From NCBI GenBank assembly GCA_965222515.1, contig CBDCUE010000006.1, forward strand, positions 1,543 to 65,542: a stretch of 64,000 bases of DNA, in the 5' to 3' direction. The stretch comes from Rickettsiales bacterium (GTDB taxonomy: Bacteria > Pseudomonadota > Alphaproteobacteria > Rickettsiales > JABIRX01). Shown here piece by piece: positions 22,137 to 33,867 of this stretch; the stretch's first letter is position 1, and every line of letters begins with the position of its first letter. Below the pieces are notes generated by a model. The model did not search any database and was not told where the DNA came from. It saw only the letters and a program-made list of their open reading frames with translations. Made by a program: the position numbers and the translations under genes.

Positions 22137-24548
22137 TTAGATTTTATCAAATCTTGCTAAATGAAAATAATTGTCATATCTAGAAATTAACTCTTCATTG
22201 GGGAATGAGATTATGGGAGTTTTAGGTTTTTGGTATTCTTTTATTATTTCTACTAATTTTTTTTCTGCTAATTCGCTTAATTCTTGTGCATTTTTTATTT
22301 TTTTTATTTTTATAGCAGAATGTTCTTTTCCTTCTAAATGCCAAAATTCAAGATCTTCTAGCAGAAAACCTAGTTTTCTTTGTAAAATTAATGAAGAAAC
22401 TAGCATTTGTAGGTTTTTTCCTGATGAAACATCTGTTTGAGAAGGCGGAGTTCCTGTTTTATAATCAATAATCCTAACTTTTTTATCTGCTAATATCTCC
22501 ACTAAATCCATTATTGAAGTTAGCTTGGTGTTTGGTAAAATTTCTAAATCTTGATGATATTCAGCAAGAAAATCCAAAACATCTGTTTTTTTGTTAATTA
22601 TTTTTTTGAATTTTGTAAAAATATGAAAAAACCTTTCCTGCCAAACAAATTTTAAGAAAATATTGTCTATTTTTTCCAATTCTTGCAATAATATTTTTTC
22701 TATATCAGAATCTTGGTTTTTTATATATAATTCTAACATTTTATGAGCCAAATTACCAAAATTTGGAGCAGAAAAAATATTTTTTGCTTTTAATCTCAAA
22801 ACATATTCTGCATATAAACTATAAGGATTATTAAAAATTCTTTCTATTTTAGTGGCCGAGAAATTATGAGTTTTTTCTGCTTTACTGGCAAAAACTATTA
22901 TGTTTTTTTTAGCAAAAACAATATTGTGATAATTTTTTAAATCATCGTAAATAAATGTTTTTGCTAACTCATTTTTTATTTGAAAAAAAGGCAAAAATTC
23001 ATTGCTTTTTTTATTGCCAGACAAATATTCAGATTTTGTAAAAATTATACTTTTACTAGCTAATTGTCTATTAAAAAAACTTTCATTTTCTTGATCTAAA
23101 AAAGAAGAACATTCTGGATATTTTTTTTTTATCAGCTCATTAGTAAAAATTTTATGATGATTTAATTGCCAAGATTCCTCTGTAATATCTGCCATAATAA
23201 CAGCATTAAAATTTTTTAATCTTAAATCTTTAGGGTGAATTATAAGCAAATCATCATCTTCATAAAAAAGACTATCTTTGTCTTTTTGCAAAAAAGAAAT
23301 GATTTTTTTTAATTGAAAAAAATTATTTTTGCTTTTTAACTGTAATTGCTTGAGAAATAATTGTTCTTCGTGAGTTAAATTTGATAATTTTGTGCTAATT
23401 AGAAAAATATCTGCTTTTTCTGTTAAAAGTTCTATTATTTCTTTAGTTTTGCAAGAAAAATTTGCTAATTTATGTGATATTTGAGAGTTTTTTTGCTGAA
23501 TATCAATGTTTTTATTATCGTAATATTCTATAATAAATGATAAAAAATCTATAATATCATAATTTTTTTGTTGGTTTATTTTTTTAGTTTTGAATAAAAT
23601 AAGCTTTTTTAAAGTCATATTGCTAGTTGCAACAATAATTTTACTGTTATTTTCTTTGATAAAATTGTTAATCAATTCAGCTTCTGCATTTTGATTTTTG
23701 CTAATAATAAAATTTTTTATAATGGTTTTTTCTGTTTTTTGAGGCAAAAACCAGTAATTATCTTTTATTTTTGGATCAATTTGCTCTTTTTTTGTTAAAT
23801 CTTCATGCTCAATGATGATTCCTTTAGGGTTTTTTAGTAAATTTTGAGCAAAATCTTTGATATTTTGTTCAAAAAGATTAAATCCTGCTAAAATTATCTG
23901 TTTATAATCATTAATTTGACCAATTAACTCTGTTTTTACCTTTAATTTATTGTTGTTTTCTTGTGAAAATGAAGTTTTTTGCTGTTTTTGACATTTTTCT
24001 TGCCATAAAGGCATAAAAAAAGCTAAAAAATCTATTTCTAGTTCTAAAACCAAAGGAAAATTTGTTTTTGCTAAATCTTGAGAGAATTTTTGATAATTTA
24101 TGCTGTTTTCTTCTAGTTTTTGCCATAATTTTATGAAATTATGACAAAAATCATTAGCTATTAGCATTTTTTTGGCTAAAAAATAATCATTTGGTTCTTT
24201 TTGCCATAAAAGAAATGTCTCTAAGACAAAAAAACTGGTTTCGTGGTGAGAAAAACTTTTGGGGATTTCTAAATATTTTTTATAATTATTAAAAACACTT
24301 AAATTATCATTACCAATCAAAGAAATAATTTGAGGTAATTTCATTTTGGGATAATTAGCTAAGGACAGATATAAAAATTTACAAGATAGATCATTGGGAA
24401 AGATGATTAAAATATCAGCCAAATCATTGCCATATCTTGCAACCAAACCTTTGGCCAAATCATCTATGAAAGAACTTTTAATATGTATTTTGTAAATTGA
24501 CATAAAATGATTATTATATATTTTGTTAAAATAACAGCTTCCTGTCAA
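22137..24548 (-). CDS. AddB-like PD-(D/E)xK nuclease family protein
   Basis: SATKIE...NPYSLYAEYVLRL, IIDYKTG, alpha-type C-terminus YFHLAR; divergent N-terminus. Confidence 0.72.
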   Translation of the reverse strand: MTGSCYFNKIYNNHFMSIYKIHIKSSFIDDLAKGLVARYGNDLADILIIFPNDLSCKFLYLSLANYPKMKLPQIISLIGNDNLSVFNNYKKYLEIPKSFSHHETSFFVLETFLLWQKEPNDYFLAKKMLIANDFCHNFIKLWQKLEENSINYQKFSQDLAKTNFPLVLELEIDFLAFFMPLWQEKCQKQQKTSFSQENNNKLKVKTELIGQINDYKQIILAGFNLFEQNIKDFAQNLLKNPKGIIIEHEDLTKKEQIDPKIKDNYWFLPQKTEKTIIKNFIISKNQNAEAELINNFIKENNSKIIVATSNMTLKKLILFKTKKINQQKNYDIIDFLSFIIEYYDNKNIDIQQKNSQISHKLANFSCKTKEIIELLTEKADIFLISTKLSNLTHEEQLFLKQLQLKSKNNFFQLKKIISFLQKDKDSLFYEDDDLLIIHPKDLRLKNFNAVIMADITEESWQLNHHKIFTNELIKKKYPECSSFLDQENESFFNRQLASKSIIFTKSEYLSGNKKSNEFLPFFQIKNELAKTFIYDDLKNYHNIVFAKKNIIVFASKAEKTHNFSATKIERIFNNPYSLYAEYVLRLKAKNIFSAPNFGNLAHKMLELYIKNQDSDIEKILLQELEKIDNIFLKFVWQERFFHIFTKFKKIINKKTDVLDFLAEYHQDLEILPNTKLTSIMDLVEILADKKVRIIDYKTGTPPSQTDVSSGKNLQMLVSSLILQRKLGFLLEDLEFWHLEGKEHSAIKIKKIKNAQELSELAEKKLVEIIKEYQKPKTPIISFPNEELISRYDNYFHLARFDKI

Positions 24549-24574
24549 GAAAATTGTATTTTCTTTACATTGTT

Positions 24575-25255
24575 CTAAAAATCTAAATTTTTGTAATGTT
24601 CAGCAGGTTCAAAGGCTAGTAATTTATCATCTAATATTTGGGTAAAACTAGGTCTTGATTTTATTAATGAATAATATTCTTTAGTGATAGGGTAGTTTTC
24701 CCAATCTATGGCTCCTAAATAATCAATGATAGATAAATGGCTTGAAGCAGTAATATCTGCTAAAGAAAATTTTCCACCTGCTAACCATTTTCTTTTGCTT
24801 AATAATTGTTCCATATAAGCTAGATGATTGCTTAAATTCATAGCTCCCGCCCTTAAATAGCTTGGCTCTGGAGAACCTGAATTAGAATAATATTTTATTA
24901 CTTGTTCATATAAAAAATATTTACTTACCTCATTAAAAAATTTTAGATCAAACCAATCAATTAATCTGTTAATCTCAACCTTATCTGCAATATTATTGCC
25001 GAAATATTTTATGCCTCCATATACTTCTTCTAAATATTGGCAAATATTGTTGCTTCCAACAATTGTCAAATCACTATCATAACTAAGCAAAACAGGCACT
25101 TCACCAGTTGGATTCATTCTAATAAAATCTTCTCTTTTTTCCCAAAAATTTTCGTGAGCAGTATCTACCTCAATAGATTTTTCAGCTAAAAAAATTTTTA
25201 CCTTTCTTGAAAAAGGGCATAAGGAAAAATGATATAGTTTATAATTTATTTTCAT
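24575..25255 (-). CDS. Glutathione S-transferase family protein, FzlA-like
   Basis: LCPFSRKV, NPTGEVPVL, WFDLKFFNEV, KSRPSF, HYKNLDF. Confidence 0.85.
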   Translation of the reverse strand: MKINYKLYHFSLCPFSRKVKIFLAEKSIEVDTAHENFWEKREDFIRMNPTGEVPVLLSYDSDLTIVGSNNICQYLEEVYGGIKYFGNNIADKVEINRLIDWFDLKFFNEVSKYFLYEQVIKYYSNSGSPEPSYLRAGAMNLSNHLAYMEQLLSKRKWLAGGKFSLADITASSHLSIIDYLGAIDWENYPITKEYYSLIKSRPSFTQILDDKLLAFEPAEHYKNLDF

Positions 25256-25272
25256 TTTTTTTTAAGGTTTTG

Positions 25273-26064
25273 TTAAATAATGTCAGATATTTGATAAAAA
25301 CCTGCTTTTTTTTCTGTTAATTTTTTTATTAGATAAATTGCTCCAGTAGCAAAAACACTACGGTTTATTGCCTTGTGAGAAATTTCTATTCTTTCATCAT
25401 CACTAGCAAAAATTACTTTGTGATCTCCTATAACGGAACCTCCTCTTAAAGTTGCAAAACCTATTTCATCTTGGCTTCTTTCTTCTTCCAAGCCTTCTCT
25501 TGAAAGCCTAGCAACTTTTTTAAAATCAATATTTTTGCTACTCGCAATTGTTTTTCCTAAGGTGATGGCTGTTCCTGATGGTGCATCTTTTTTATATTTG
25601 TGATGCATCTCTACTATTTCTGTGTCAAAATCACTGTTCAACAATTTGCCTGCTTGAAAAATTAGCTTGTTTAAAACATTAATTCCAATGCTCATATTTG
25701 AAGCCCATAAAAAAGCAGAGTTTTTAGCAAAAGATTTATATTGAGTAAAATCTTCTTGAGAAAAACCCGTCGATCCTGTAACTAAAATTTTTTTATAAAA
25801 AGAGGCAAGTTCTGCAACTTGCAGAGAAAGTTTGGGGCCAGAAAAATCAATGATTCCATCTGATTTTTTTATAATCTCTGTTAAATCAGATGAGGCAAAA
25901 ACACCAATATCACCAATTCCAGCAAGCTCTCCCAAATCTTCTTGAGATAAAACTTCTCCCATAGCCCCATAACCAGAAACTAATTCTAAATTAATGTCAC
26001 TATGAGCTTTTTTTATTAATTCTGCACCCATTCTACCAGTGCAACCAATAATTGATATTTTCAT
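25273..26064 (-). CDS. dapB: 4-hydroxy-tetrahydrodipicolinate reductase (start taken at MKISIIG)
   Basis: GCTGRMG, DFS, GSTG, NMSIG, EMHHKYKKDAPSGTA, RGG.VIGDH. Confidence 0.96.
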   Translation of the reverse strand: MKISIIGCTGRMGAELIKKAHSDINLELVSGYGAMGEVLSQEDLGELAGIGDIGVFASSDLTEIIKKSDGIIDFSGPKLSLQVAELASFYKKILVTGSTGFSQEDFTQYKSFAKNSAFLWASNMSIGINVLNKLIFQAGKLLNSDFDTEIVEMHHKYKKDAPSGTAITLGKTIASSKNIDFKKVARLSREGLEEERSQDEIGFATLRGGSVIGDHKVIFASDDERIEISHKAINRSVFATGAIYLIKKLTEKKAGFYQISDII

Positions 26065-26176
26065 TATGTTTACTCTAAAAATGATGTTTGAGCTATCGTA
26101 TAGTAAAACAGTTAAAAGTAAATATTTCTTATATACTAAAAAAATTCCACAAATCAATTATAGTATAATTCCAATT

Positions 26177-27373
26177 TTAAAGTCTTGCTTGAATGCTGTT
26201 TATAAATTCTTCTGTGTTTAAATAATCTTTTTTATTTGCAATTAGTGCTAAATCTTTGGTCATTGCTCCAGAAAGAATGGTGTCGATGGTTGCTTTTTCT
26301 AATTTTTGAGTAAATTCTGCCAATTCTTGATTCTGGTCTAATTTGGCTCTGTGAGATAGTCCTCTGCTCCAAGCAAAAATTGAAGCTACTGGATTAGTTG
26401 AGGTTTTCTTGCCTTTTTGATACTCTCGGTAATGTCTAGTTACTGTGCCGTGAGCTGCTTCTGACTCTACTGTTTTGCCATCTGGTGAAATCAAAATAGA
26501 AGTCATTAATCCTAGTGAGCCAAATCCTTGAGCTAAAGAATCAGATTGCACATCACCATCATAATTTTTGCAAGCCCAAACAAAACCACCTTCTGTTTTC
26601 ATAGCAAATGCTACCATATCATCAATTAATCTATGCTCATACCAAATTCCTAATTCTTTAAATTTTTGCTTAAATTCTTTTTCATAAATTTCTACAAAAA
26701 TATCTACAAATTTACCATCATAAATTTTTAAAATAGTATCTTTGGTTGATAAATAAACAGGCATTTTTTTACTAACCCCCATATTCAAACAACTTCTAGC
26801 AAAATCTTTGATTGATTTGTTATGATTATACATAGCCATAGCTATTCCATCAGATTCTACAAATTGATAAACCAGATGCTCTTCTATTTTGCCGTTTTTA
26901 TCTTCTATTTTTAAAAATACTTTAGAGCCTTGCTCAACATTTACTCCCGTTGCCTTATATTGATCTCCAAAGGCATGTCTGCCAATACAAATTGGTTTTT
27001 TCCAAGTGCTAACTATTCTTGGAATATTATCTATCATAATTGGCTCTCTAAACACCGTGCCTCCCAAAATATTTCTAATTGTTCCATTAGGAGATTTCCA
27101 TAATTTTTTTAAAGAAAATTCTTTTACTCGATCAGGAGTAGGGGTGATAGTTGCACATTTAATACCCACATTATATTTTGCCGTTGCCTTGGCAGCATCA
27201 ATTGTTATTTGATCACTGGTCTCGTCTCTTTTAGTAACTGATAAATCAAAATATTTTATGGGCAGATCTAAATAAGGAGCGATTAATTTATCTTTTATCA
27301 TTTTCCACATAATTCTAGCCATCTCATCTCCATCCATTTCTACTACAGGGTTTTGTACTGATATTTTTTTCAT
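26177..27373 (-). CDS. icd: NADP-dependent isocitrate dehydrogenase
   Basis: [57 protein letters not shown]. Confidence 0.97.
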   Translation of the reverse strand: MKKISVQNPVVEMDGDEMARIMWKMIKDKLIAPYLDLPIKYFDLSVTKRDETSDQITIDAAKATAKYNVGIKCATITPTPDRVKEFSLKKLWKSPNGTIRNILGGTVFREPIMIDNIPRIVSTWKKPICIGRHAFGDQYKATGVNVEQGSKVFLKIEDKNGKIEEHLVYQFVESDGIAMAMYNHNKSIKDFARSCLNMGVSKKMPVYLSTKDTILKIYDGKFVDIFVEIYEKEFKQKFKELGIWYEHRLIDDMVAFAMKTEGGFVWACKNYDGDVQSDSLAQGFGSLGLMTSILISPDGKTVESEAAHGTVTRHYREYQKGKKTSTNPVASIFAWSRGLSHRAKLDQNQELAEFTQKLEKATIDTILSGAMTKDLALIANKKDYLNTEEFINSIQARL

Positions 27374-27377
27374 TATT

Positions 27378-28256
27378 TTAATTTAAATAGTTATTTTTAT
27401 CTATATTGTTTTGTGCTAAAAAAGCATAAAAGCTGTTTAGCATTAAGCAAGCTATGGTCATTGGTCCCACTCCTCCTGGAACTGGGGTAACGGCAGAAGC
27501 TTTTTTCAATACATCGTTGAAATTTACATCGCCAACCAAATAACCATTTTTTTTTCTGTTAATACCAACATCAATTATTAGAGCCCCTTCTTTTATATAA
27601 GAAGCATCAATCATCTCAGCTTTGCCAACAGCAACCACTACAATATCAGCTGTTTGCGATATTTCTTTAACATTTTCACTCTTGCTGTGCAAAATAGTTG
27701 TGGTGCAATTAGCTTGTAACAACAATTCTGCCATAGGATTTCCTACAATATCAGATCTACCAAAAATAACCGCTCTTTTTCCTGATAAATTTTGCCCCAA
27801 AATAGATTTTATTAAAATTAAACAACCTTGCGGAGTGCATGGAACAAAGCAATCTTGCTTAGTGTATAATTTACCAACATTTTCTATATGAAAACCATCA
27901 ACATCCTTTGCTACTGAAATAGCATTAATTATTTTTGCTTTATTAATATGTTTTGGTAGTGGCAATTGAACCAAGATCCCATTAACATTATTGTCGTTAT
28001 TTAATTCAGCTATTTTTTTCAATAAATCTTGCTCTGGGATATTCTCATCTAATTCAATAATTATTGAATTAATACCTAAAGATTCTGCTTTTTTGTTTTT
28101 GTTGCTCACATAAACCTTACTTGCAGGATCTCCCCCCACTAAAACCACCGCAAGTGTTGGAGCTTTATCATAATATTTCTTTATTTTTTTGATAGATTCA
28201 GCAATTTTAGCACAAGTTTGGTTAGCAACTTCTTTACCATCAATAATTTTTACCAT
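27378..28256 (-). CDS. folD: Methylenetetrahydrofolate dehydrogenase/cyclohydrolase
   Basis: [42 protein letters not shown]. Confidence 0.97.
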   Translation of the reverse strand: MVKIIDGKEVANQTCAKIAESIKKIKKYYDKAPTLAVVLVGGDPASKVYVSNKNKKAESLGINSIIIELDENIPEQDLLKKIAELNNDNNVNGILVQLPLPKHINKAKIINAISVAKDVDGFHIENVGKLYTKQDCFVPCTPQGCLILIKSILGQNLSGKRAVIFGRSDIVGNPMAELLLQANCTTTILHSKSENVKEISQTADIVVVAVGKAEMIDASYIKEGALIIDVGINRKKNGYLVGDVNFNDVLKKASAVTPVPGGVGPMTIACLMLNSFYAFLAQNNIDKNNYLN

Positions 28257-28264
28257 TTTTCTGA

Positions 28265-28368
28265 GGGTTAAGTTAGTAGTTAGCAGGTTTGCAATCTGAA
28301 AAACATTTACACGAACCGAACTTAAGCTTTTTTTGGGGTTAAGCTAGTTGTAGATGTTTTGCAATCTG
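28265..28368 (-). repeat. Two tandem copies of the rpoC-leader-like repeat upstream of folD
   Basis: Minus strand CGTGTAAATGTTTTTCAGATTGCAAACCTGC...TTAACC closely matches 5923-5970; second copy CAGATTGCAAAAC...TTAACCCC at 28336-28368. Confidence 0.7.
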
Positions 28369-28527
28369 CAAGTGAGAAGCAGTTACTCCGAGCTTTAAAA
28401 ACATTATTATAAAAAAATATCAAAAATTCAACTTAATTATTGTTTTTTTTAAATTTTAATTTATATATTATAGGGATATGATTAGATATTGAAATAGTAC
28501 TAAAACAAATTAACTTAAAATAAAAAA

Positions 28528-29553
28528 ATGGATAAAAATAAAGCATTAGAAACAGCCTTGTTGCAAATAGAGAGATCTTATGGTAAGGGTTCTGTTATGA
28601 CTCTAGGAGAAGCAGGAGATATGGATATTGAAGCTATTTCAACGGGTTCTATTTCTATTGACTGGGCCTTGGGAATTGGTGGTTTTCCAAAAGGTAGAAT
28701 AATTGAAATTTATGGTCCTGAATCTTCAGGAAAAACAACTCTTGCTTTAAGCACTATTGCTCAAGCTCAAAAACAAGGCGGAACTTGTGCTTTTGTCGAT
28801 GCAGAACATGCTTTAGATCCTGTATATGCAAAAAAATTAGGAATTAATATAGATGATTTGATTATCTCTCAACCTGATACTGGGGAACAATCTTTAGAAA
28901 TAACAGATACTTTAGTTAGATCTGGTGCGGTTGATGTTGTGGTAATAGATTCCGTGGCTGCTCTTGTTCCTAAAGCAGAATTAGACGGAGATATGGGTGA
29001 TAGCCATATGGGATTGCAAGCAAGATTAATGAGCCAAGCTCTTAGAAAATTAACAGGATCAGTGGCAAAAACTAATTGTATGGTAATTTTTATTAACCAA
29101 ATTAGAATGAAAATCGGGGTAATGTTTGGTTCTCCAGAAACTACTACTGGAGGAAATGCTCTAAAATTCTATTCATCTGTTAGGGTGGACATTAGAAGAT
29201 CAACTCCTATCAAAGATAAAGATGAGGTTATTGGTAATGTTACTAAAGTAAAAATAGTAAAAAACAAAGTAGCACCTCCTTTTAGAATTGTAGAAGTTGA
29301 TGTTTTATATGGAAAAGGTGTTTCTAAATTTGGTGAATTAGTTGATTTAGGAGTAAGAGAAGAAATTGTAGAAAAATCAGGTTCTTGGTATTCTTATAAT
29401 AATGAAAGAATTGGTCAAGGAAAAGAAAATGTAAAAAACTTTTTTGCTGAAAATCTTGAAATGGCAGAGGAAATAGAAGCAAAAATTAGAGAAAAAATTG
29501 GTCTAATTGCTCTTGTAAAAAAAGAGAAAAAGAAAGAAAAAAAGGTTTCTTAA
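28528..29553 (+). CDS. recA: Recombinase A
   Basis: [42 protein letters not shown]. Confidence 0.99.
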   Translation: MDKNKALETALLQIERSYGKGSVMTLGEAGDMDIEAISTGSISIDWALGIGGFPKGRIIEIYGPESSGKTTLALSTIAQAQKQGGTCAFVDAEHALDPVYAKKLGINIDDLIISQPDTGEQSLEITDTLVRSGAVDVVVIDSVAALVPKAELDGDMGDSHMGLQARLMSQALRKLTGSVAKTNCMVIFINQIRMKIGVMFGSPETTTGGNALKFYSSVRVDIRRSTPIKDKDEVIGNVTKVKIVKNKVAPPFRIVEVDVLYGKGVSKFGELVDLGVREEIVEKSGSWYSYNNERIGQGKENVKNFFAENLEMAEEIEAKIREKIGLIALVKKEKKKEKKVS

Positions 29554-29562
29554 TATCTTCAA

Positions 29563-30645
29563 ATGAATAAATTTTTTTGTATAATTCTATTTGTCTTGTG
29601 CATTTTGAATGCAGAGGCAAAAGAAAAGAAATTATTAAAAGGACAAGTAGATTTAAAAACGGTTTTTGAAACACCAGTTGCAGGAGATAAAAAACCTCAT
29701 AATTTATATTTAGAAGTTGGTTTAGATTCGTCATTTGCTCTGAAAAAATTCTTAACCATCAATGTTGATTGGCTATTATATCAACCGCAAGAAATTAAAA
29801 AAAATAGCTATTTTAATAATCAGGGTATTATTCTAAAAAATCTATATTTAAAATTTCATAATGATGATGCAGAATTTTACTTAGGAAAAGTCTCTCCTAT
29901 TTTTGCTTATGCTTGGCATAATGATAATGATAATGGAAATTTTTATGATGAATTCTCAAATGATTATGCTATTGCTCAAAAATTAGGAGCAGGCTTGAAA
30001 ATAAAATTAAATCTAGAAGATCTAGGAAACCACAATATAGATTTAAGCAGTTTTTATAATGATGATACAGGTCTTAGCAAATCTATTATAACTAGAAGAG
30101 ACATTAGAAATGATAGGGTGGGAAACTCGGCTAACAAGCCTTTTTCATCTTATGCCATAAATTATAGTGCTAAAGATTTTTTTAATCTGCCCAGCTTATT
30201 TTATAACATATCTTATCGTAATATAAAATCTAACCTAGATAATATTAAGGATGAATCTGGTTTTGCTGTTGGAGTGGGAAGCAATTTAGAAATTTCTGAA
30301 GATTTTTCTATAAAAACATATTTAGAATATATAAATATTGAAAATTTTAATAGTGTGAATGATAGATATAATTTAGAATTTGATTTGATAGATAGATTGC
30401 CATCTGATTATCAATATTTACTGTTTTTATTATCGCTAAAATATAAATTTTGGCATATTGGCTATAATAACCAACAAAGAAATATAGATAATAGCATTGA
30501 AACAAAAGAAACAAGCGAAGAATTCAGCTTAAAATATCGTTTTAAAAATGGAATTTATATTTTGGGCTCAAGACAAGAAATAACGGGAGAGACAAAAAAA
30601 TCTACTATTGCAGGATTTGTGCTAGGTTTTAAATCAGAATTTTAA
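29563..30645 (+). CDS. Putative outer-membrane beta-barrel (porin-like)
   Basis: Signal peptide, alternating aromatic beta-strand pattern, C-terminal Phe (GFVLGFKSEF). Confidence 0.6.
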   Translation: MNKFFCIILFVLCILNAEAKEKKLLKGQVDLKTVFETPVAGDKKPHNLYLEVGLDSSFALKKFLTINVDWLLYQPQEIKKNSYFNNQGIILKNLYLKFHNDDAEFYLGKVSPIFAYAWHNDNDNGNFYDEFSNDYAIAQKLGAGLKIKLNLEDLGNHNIDLSSFYNDDTGLSKSIITRRDIRNDRVGNSANKPFSSYAINYSAKDFFNLPSLFYNISYRNIKSNLDNIKDESGFAVGVGSNLEISEDFSIKTYLEYINIENFNSVNDRYNLEFDLIDRLPSDYQYLLFLLSLKYKFWHIGYNNQQRNIDNSIETKETSEEFSLKYRFKNGIYILGSRQEITGETKKSTIAGFVLGFKSEF

Positions 30646-30697
30646 AGCTGTAGTCCAGATGTGTGTCTGTTTGAAAGCTGTGTAGCAATTATACTAT

Positions 30698-31561
30698 TTA
30701 TAATTTTATTATGGTTATTTCTACTCTACGGTTAATTCTTTCTTTATTTCTTTCGCTATGAAAAGAAGGTTTAGTTTCTCCGTGAGCATCAATTAAGCTA
30801 AAAACATTATTAGAAATACCTTTGTTAATTAAATATTTTTTAACAGCATCTACTCTATTTAAAGATAAGTATTTATTATGTTCTTTATTGCCACTTAAAT
30901 CACTATGACCTTCCATATAAATTTTATAATTACTTTTGAAAGTTAAGTAATATATTAGATTATTTAAAACTTCTTTGGCTTGATAATCTATCACTGATTC
31001 GTCATAATCAAAATTAACAACATATAAAGCTTTGTTAAGAACTCTATCTCTTTTTATTTTGTTTTTTCTTGATAGCTCAGTTAATTCATAAAGATCTTGA
31101 TAAGATTGCCAAAATTCTATTCTATATCTTGCTATATCTTCCTTTTGCCATTCTTCCTCAAGTTGCTCTAACCAATAATCATATAATATTTGCAATCTTG
31201 CGGTTTTAATAGGATAATCAATGATAGTTTTGTTGTTAATAACTAAAGATAAAGATTTTTGTCTAGCTATTTTTAACTCTTCAAAAGCCAAGCCATCTCT
31301 AATTTCATAATTTACAGGATTAGAAAATTTAATATGCTGTTTTTTTACTGCAAGAAGCCCTTTTTGAGCAAAATAATCAGCATCCATCCAATCAAAATCT
31401 CTTTTTTCTTTTTGGGCAAGATCATTGTATCCTTTGGCAAGAGCAGTGTAAAAATCATTTACCTTTATGTTCTCTACCTCTTTTTTTAACCTTACATCTC
31501 TAGCACAAGAGATGTTTAGCAATAACATTGTAACTAAAATTAATATCTTCATATTTTTCAC
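30698..31561 (-). CDS. OmpA-family lipoprotein
   Basis: Lipobox NISC; alpha-type N-domain DWMDADYFAQKG; OmpA motifs FDYD, EGHSD, N..LS..R, NRRVEI. Confidence 0.88.
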   Translation of the reverse strand: MKNMKILILVTMLLLNISCARDVRLKKEVENIKVNDFYTALAKGYNDLAQKEKRDFDWMDADYFAQKGLLAVKKQHIKFSNPVNYEIRDGLAFEELKIARQKSLSLVINNKTIIDYPIKTARLQILYDYWLEQLEEEWQKEDIARYRIEFWQSYQDLYELTELSRKNKIKRDRVLNKALYVVNFDYDESVIDYQAKEVLNNLIYYLTFKSNYKIYMEGHSDLSGNKEHNKYLSLNRVDAVKKYLINKGISNNVFSLIDAHGETKPSFHSERNKERINRRVEITIIKL

Positions 31562-31703
31562 TATTCTTATTTAAAGAAAGCAATTATAGCATTTTTAGAA
31601 GTGTTTGTCAACTATTGCTTGGTTGTCTTCTAGGTTTCTTGATAACTTGATAAAGATATTTGTTTTTTATAATAAGTCTCCCTTTAATTGTGGTGAGTTT
31701 TAG

Positions 31704-32285
31704 CTAGAATTTATGTTCTTCTCCTTTCATTATTCTTTGGATGTTGTCTTTATGCTTGTAAATAATTAGTATAGCAGAAAGTACAAAGCCTATATGAGCT
31801 AAGTGAAAAGTAATTATGTAAAAAAAGATTATTTCTAACATCAAGGTAATTGAAGCAAGAGAGACCATTCTAGTAATGTAAAAAATAATGTACCAAGCAA
31901 CAGCAAGAAATGTTGCAGTTAGTGGTTCTAAAAACAATAATGAGCCAAAAAGAGTTGCTACCCCTTTGCCTCCTTTAAATTTTAAGGTGTAAGGATAAAT
32001 GTGGCCTATAATTGAGAAAAGAACAATTAAGGAATCTAGTAATGGATCATTTGTTTTAAAAAAACACCTGATGAGAATTAAAGAAATAATTGCTTTTGAT
32101 GCATCTAATGCAAAAGTAAGATAACCTAATTTTTTACCAAGAGTTCTAACTATGTTTGTTGCTCCTATGTTTCCAGAACCTTTTTTTCTGATGTCTGTTT
32201 TAGCAAATATTTTGGCAAGAATAAATCCAAATGGTATTGCTCCGATTAAATAAGCAATAAAAAGAGATAAAATGTTTTCTAACAT
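31704..32285 (-). CDS. plsY: Glycerol-3-phosphate acyltransferase
   Basis: DIRKKGSGNIGATN, GHIYP, FKGGKGVAT, HKDNIQRI..GEE. Confidence 0.96.
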   Translation of the reverse strand: MLENILSLFIAYLIGAIPFGFILAKIFAKTDIRKKGSGNIGATNIVRTLGKKLGYLTFALDASKAIISLILIRCFFKTNDPLLDSLIVLFSIIGHIYPYTLKFKGGKGVATLFGSLLFLEPLTATFLAVAWYIIFYITRMVSLASITLMLEIIFFYIITFHLAHIGFVLSAILIIYKHKDNIQRIMKGEEHKF

Positions 32286-32288
32286 TAG

Positions 32289-32834
32289 TTATTTTTTTCT
32301 AAAATTTTCTAAATCTACTATATTTCCTTTTTTAGAAGATTTTTTTGATTTAGTTTTTTTAGTGTCTTTTTCAGCCCCCTCTTTTTTTATTTTTTTTACT
32401 TTGCTAGGTTTTTTTTCTAGCAATAATTCTTTTTCTACTTCTCTTCTAAATAATTCTTCTATCTCATCATCGTTAGGAGATGATAATATGTTGAATTTTA
32501 AACCAAATTTAACCCCCGGATCAGTAAATGAGGTAAGAGCTTCAAAAGGTATGGTGATTCTTTCTTTTACTCCGTCAAAATGCAAAACTATGCTAAAATT
32601 TTCTTCATTAATCTCTAAATCTTCATATTGATGTTGCACTACAATAGTCATTTCCTCAGGGTATTTTTCTTTTAAGACTAAGGAAATCTCAACCCCCTCT
32701 GCACAAGTTAGAAAAGAAATCAAAAAATGATGTTCACCCATCAAACCATCTTTTTTAATGATTTGGAGAGTTTTCTTCACAACATCTCTCATAGCTTTGT
32801 CAATTAATTTGTTATATTCTATATAATCTTCCAT
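32289..32834 (-). CDS. sspB: Alphaproteobacterial ClpXP adaptor SspB
   Basis: HHFLISF, YPEEMTIVVQHQY, IPF.ALTSFTDP.VKFGLKF, C-terminal IVDLENFRKK. Confidence 0.9.
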   Translation of the reverse strand: MEDYIEYNKLIDKAMRDVVKKTLQIIKKDGLMGEHHFLISFLTCAEGVEISLVLKEKYPEEMTIVVQHQYEDLEINEENFSIVLHFDGVKERITIPFEALTSFTDPGVKFGLKFNILSSPNDDEIEELFRREVEKELLLEKKPSKVKKIKKEGAEKDTKKTKSKKSSKKGNIVDLENFRKK

Positions 32835-32891
32835 ATTTATGTTTTGTGTGTTAATTTATAAACATTCCCATAATAAATCGCTAATTGCTTT

Positions 32892-33812
32892 TTACAATAA
32901 AAATTTATTTATTACTTTAGTTAATGAATTTACAATTTTGTCTTGATAATATCTCTTTTTTAATGCCCTGCTATCTAGCCTATTGGATAAAAAACCTATT
33001 TCTAATAATAAAGACACCATATTAGGGTTTTTTAGCACTACAAAACCTGCTGAATGAATAGGTTTCTTTCTTAAAATTATTTTTTTGTCTTTTTTGAATT
33101 GCTTGATCAATAATCTTGCAAATTTTTTAGATTCTTCCTCTGCATCAGATAAAGATAAATCTATTATCACATCGCTAATTTCTTTATCTAAATTAGTCAA
33201 ATTAATACCAGATATGAGGTCAGCTTTATTTTCTTTTTTAGCAAGCAATGAAGCCTCATCACTGGAGGCCACTTTTGAAAGAGTGTATAAGGACAGACCT
33301 CTTGCTTTTTTATTTAAAGCAGAATCAGCATGAATTGAGATAAATAAATCAGCTTTTTTCTGTCTTGCTATCTTATTTCTTTCTCTTAATGGTAAAAAAA
33401 AATCTTTATTCCTAGTCAAAAAAACTTTATATCTGCCCGTTTTATCCAATTTGTGTTTTAACTTTTTGGCAACAAGCAAAGTTATTGCTTTTTCTTGTAT
33501 TTTTTTATAACCTATGGCACCAGGATCTTTTCCTCCATGACCTGGATCTATAATAATAATTTTTTTCTTTTTTTTCTTATCAGCGAAATTAAGCAAAAAA
33601 TTATCTAACCTTGCTCCTTGCAATTTGTCGCTTTTGATAATTTTTTTTGTTTCTTGTGGCTTTTCTTTTATTTGAATTGTTTTGATGTTATCTTGAACTA
33701 AGATATCAGAGATAAAATTATCCAATTCCTCAGCAACAACATTTATGGGTAAGATAGAAAATAAGAAAAAAAATAATAAAGATATTAATTGCATAGATAA
33801 TTTATATTGCAT
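32892..33812 (-). CDS. N-acetylmuramoyl-L-alanine amidase (Amidase_3)
   Basis: IDPGHGGKDPGA, LTR..D.F.PLRER, ISIHADS, LEIGFLSN. Confidence 0.93.
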   Translation of the reverse strand: MQYKLSMQLISLLFFFLFSILPINVVAEELDNFISDILVQDNIKTIQIKEKPQETKKIIKSDKLQGARLDNFLLNFADKKKKKKIIIIDPGHGGKDPGAIGYKKIQEKAITLLVAKKLKHKLDKTGRYKVFLTRNKDFFLPLRERNKIARQKKADLFISIHADSALNKKARGLSLYTLSKVASSDEASLLAKKENKADLISGINLTNLDKEISDVIIDLSLSDAEEESKKFARLLIKQFKKDKKIILRKKPIHSAGFVVLKNPNMVSLLLEIGFLSNRLDSRALKKRYYQDKIVNSLTKVINKFLL

Positions 33813-33867
33813 AATATTGCATAAGATGGGACCCTTGAATTTATTATCATAAAATATAGTAAGAAAT

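Noticed and set aside
28313-28527. LexA box upstream of recA
   Set aside because: GAAC motifs are present but not in the alphaproteobacterial GAAC-N7-GAAC spacing.
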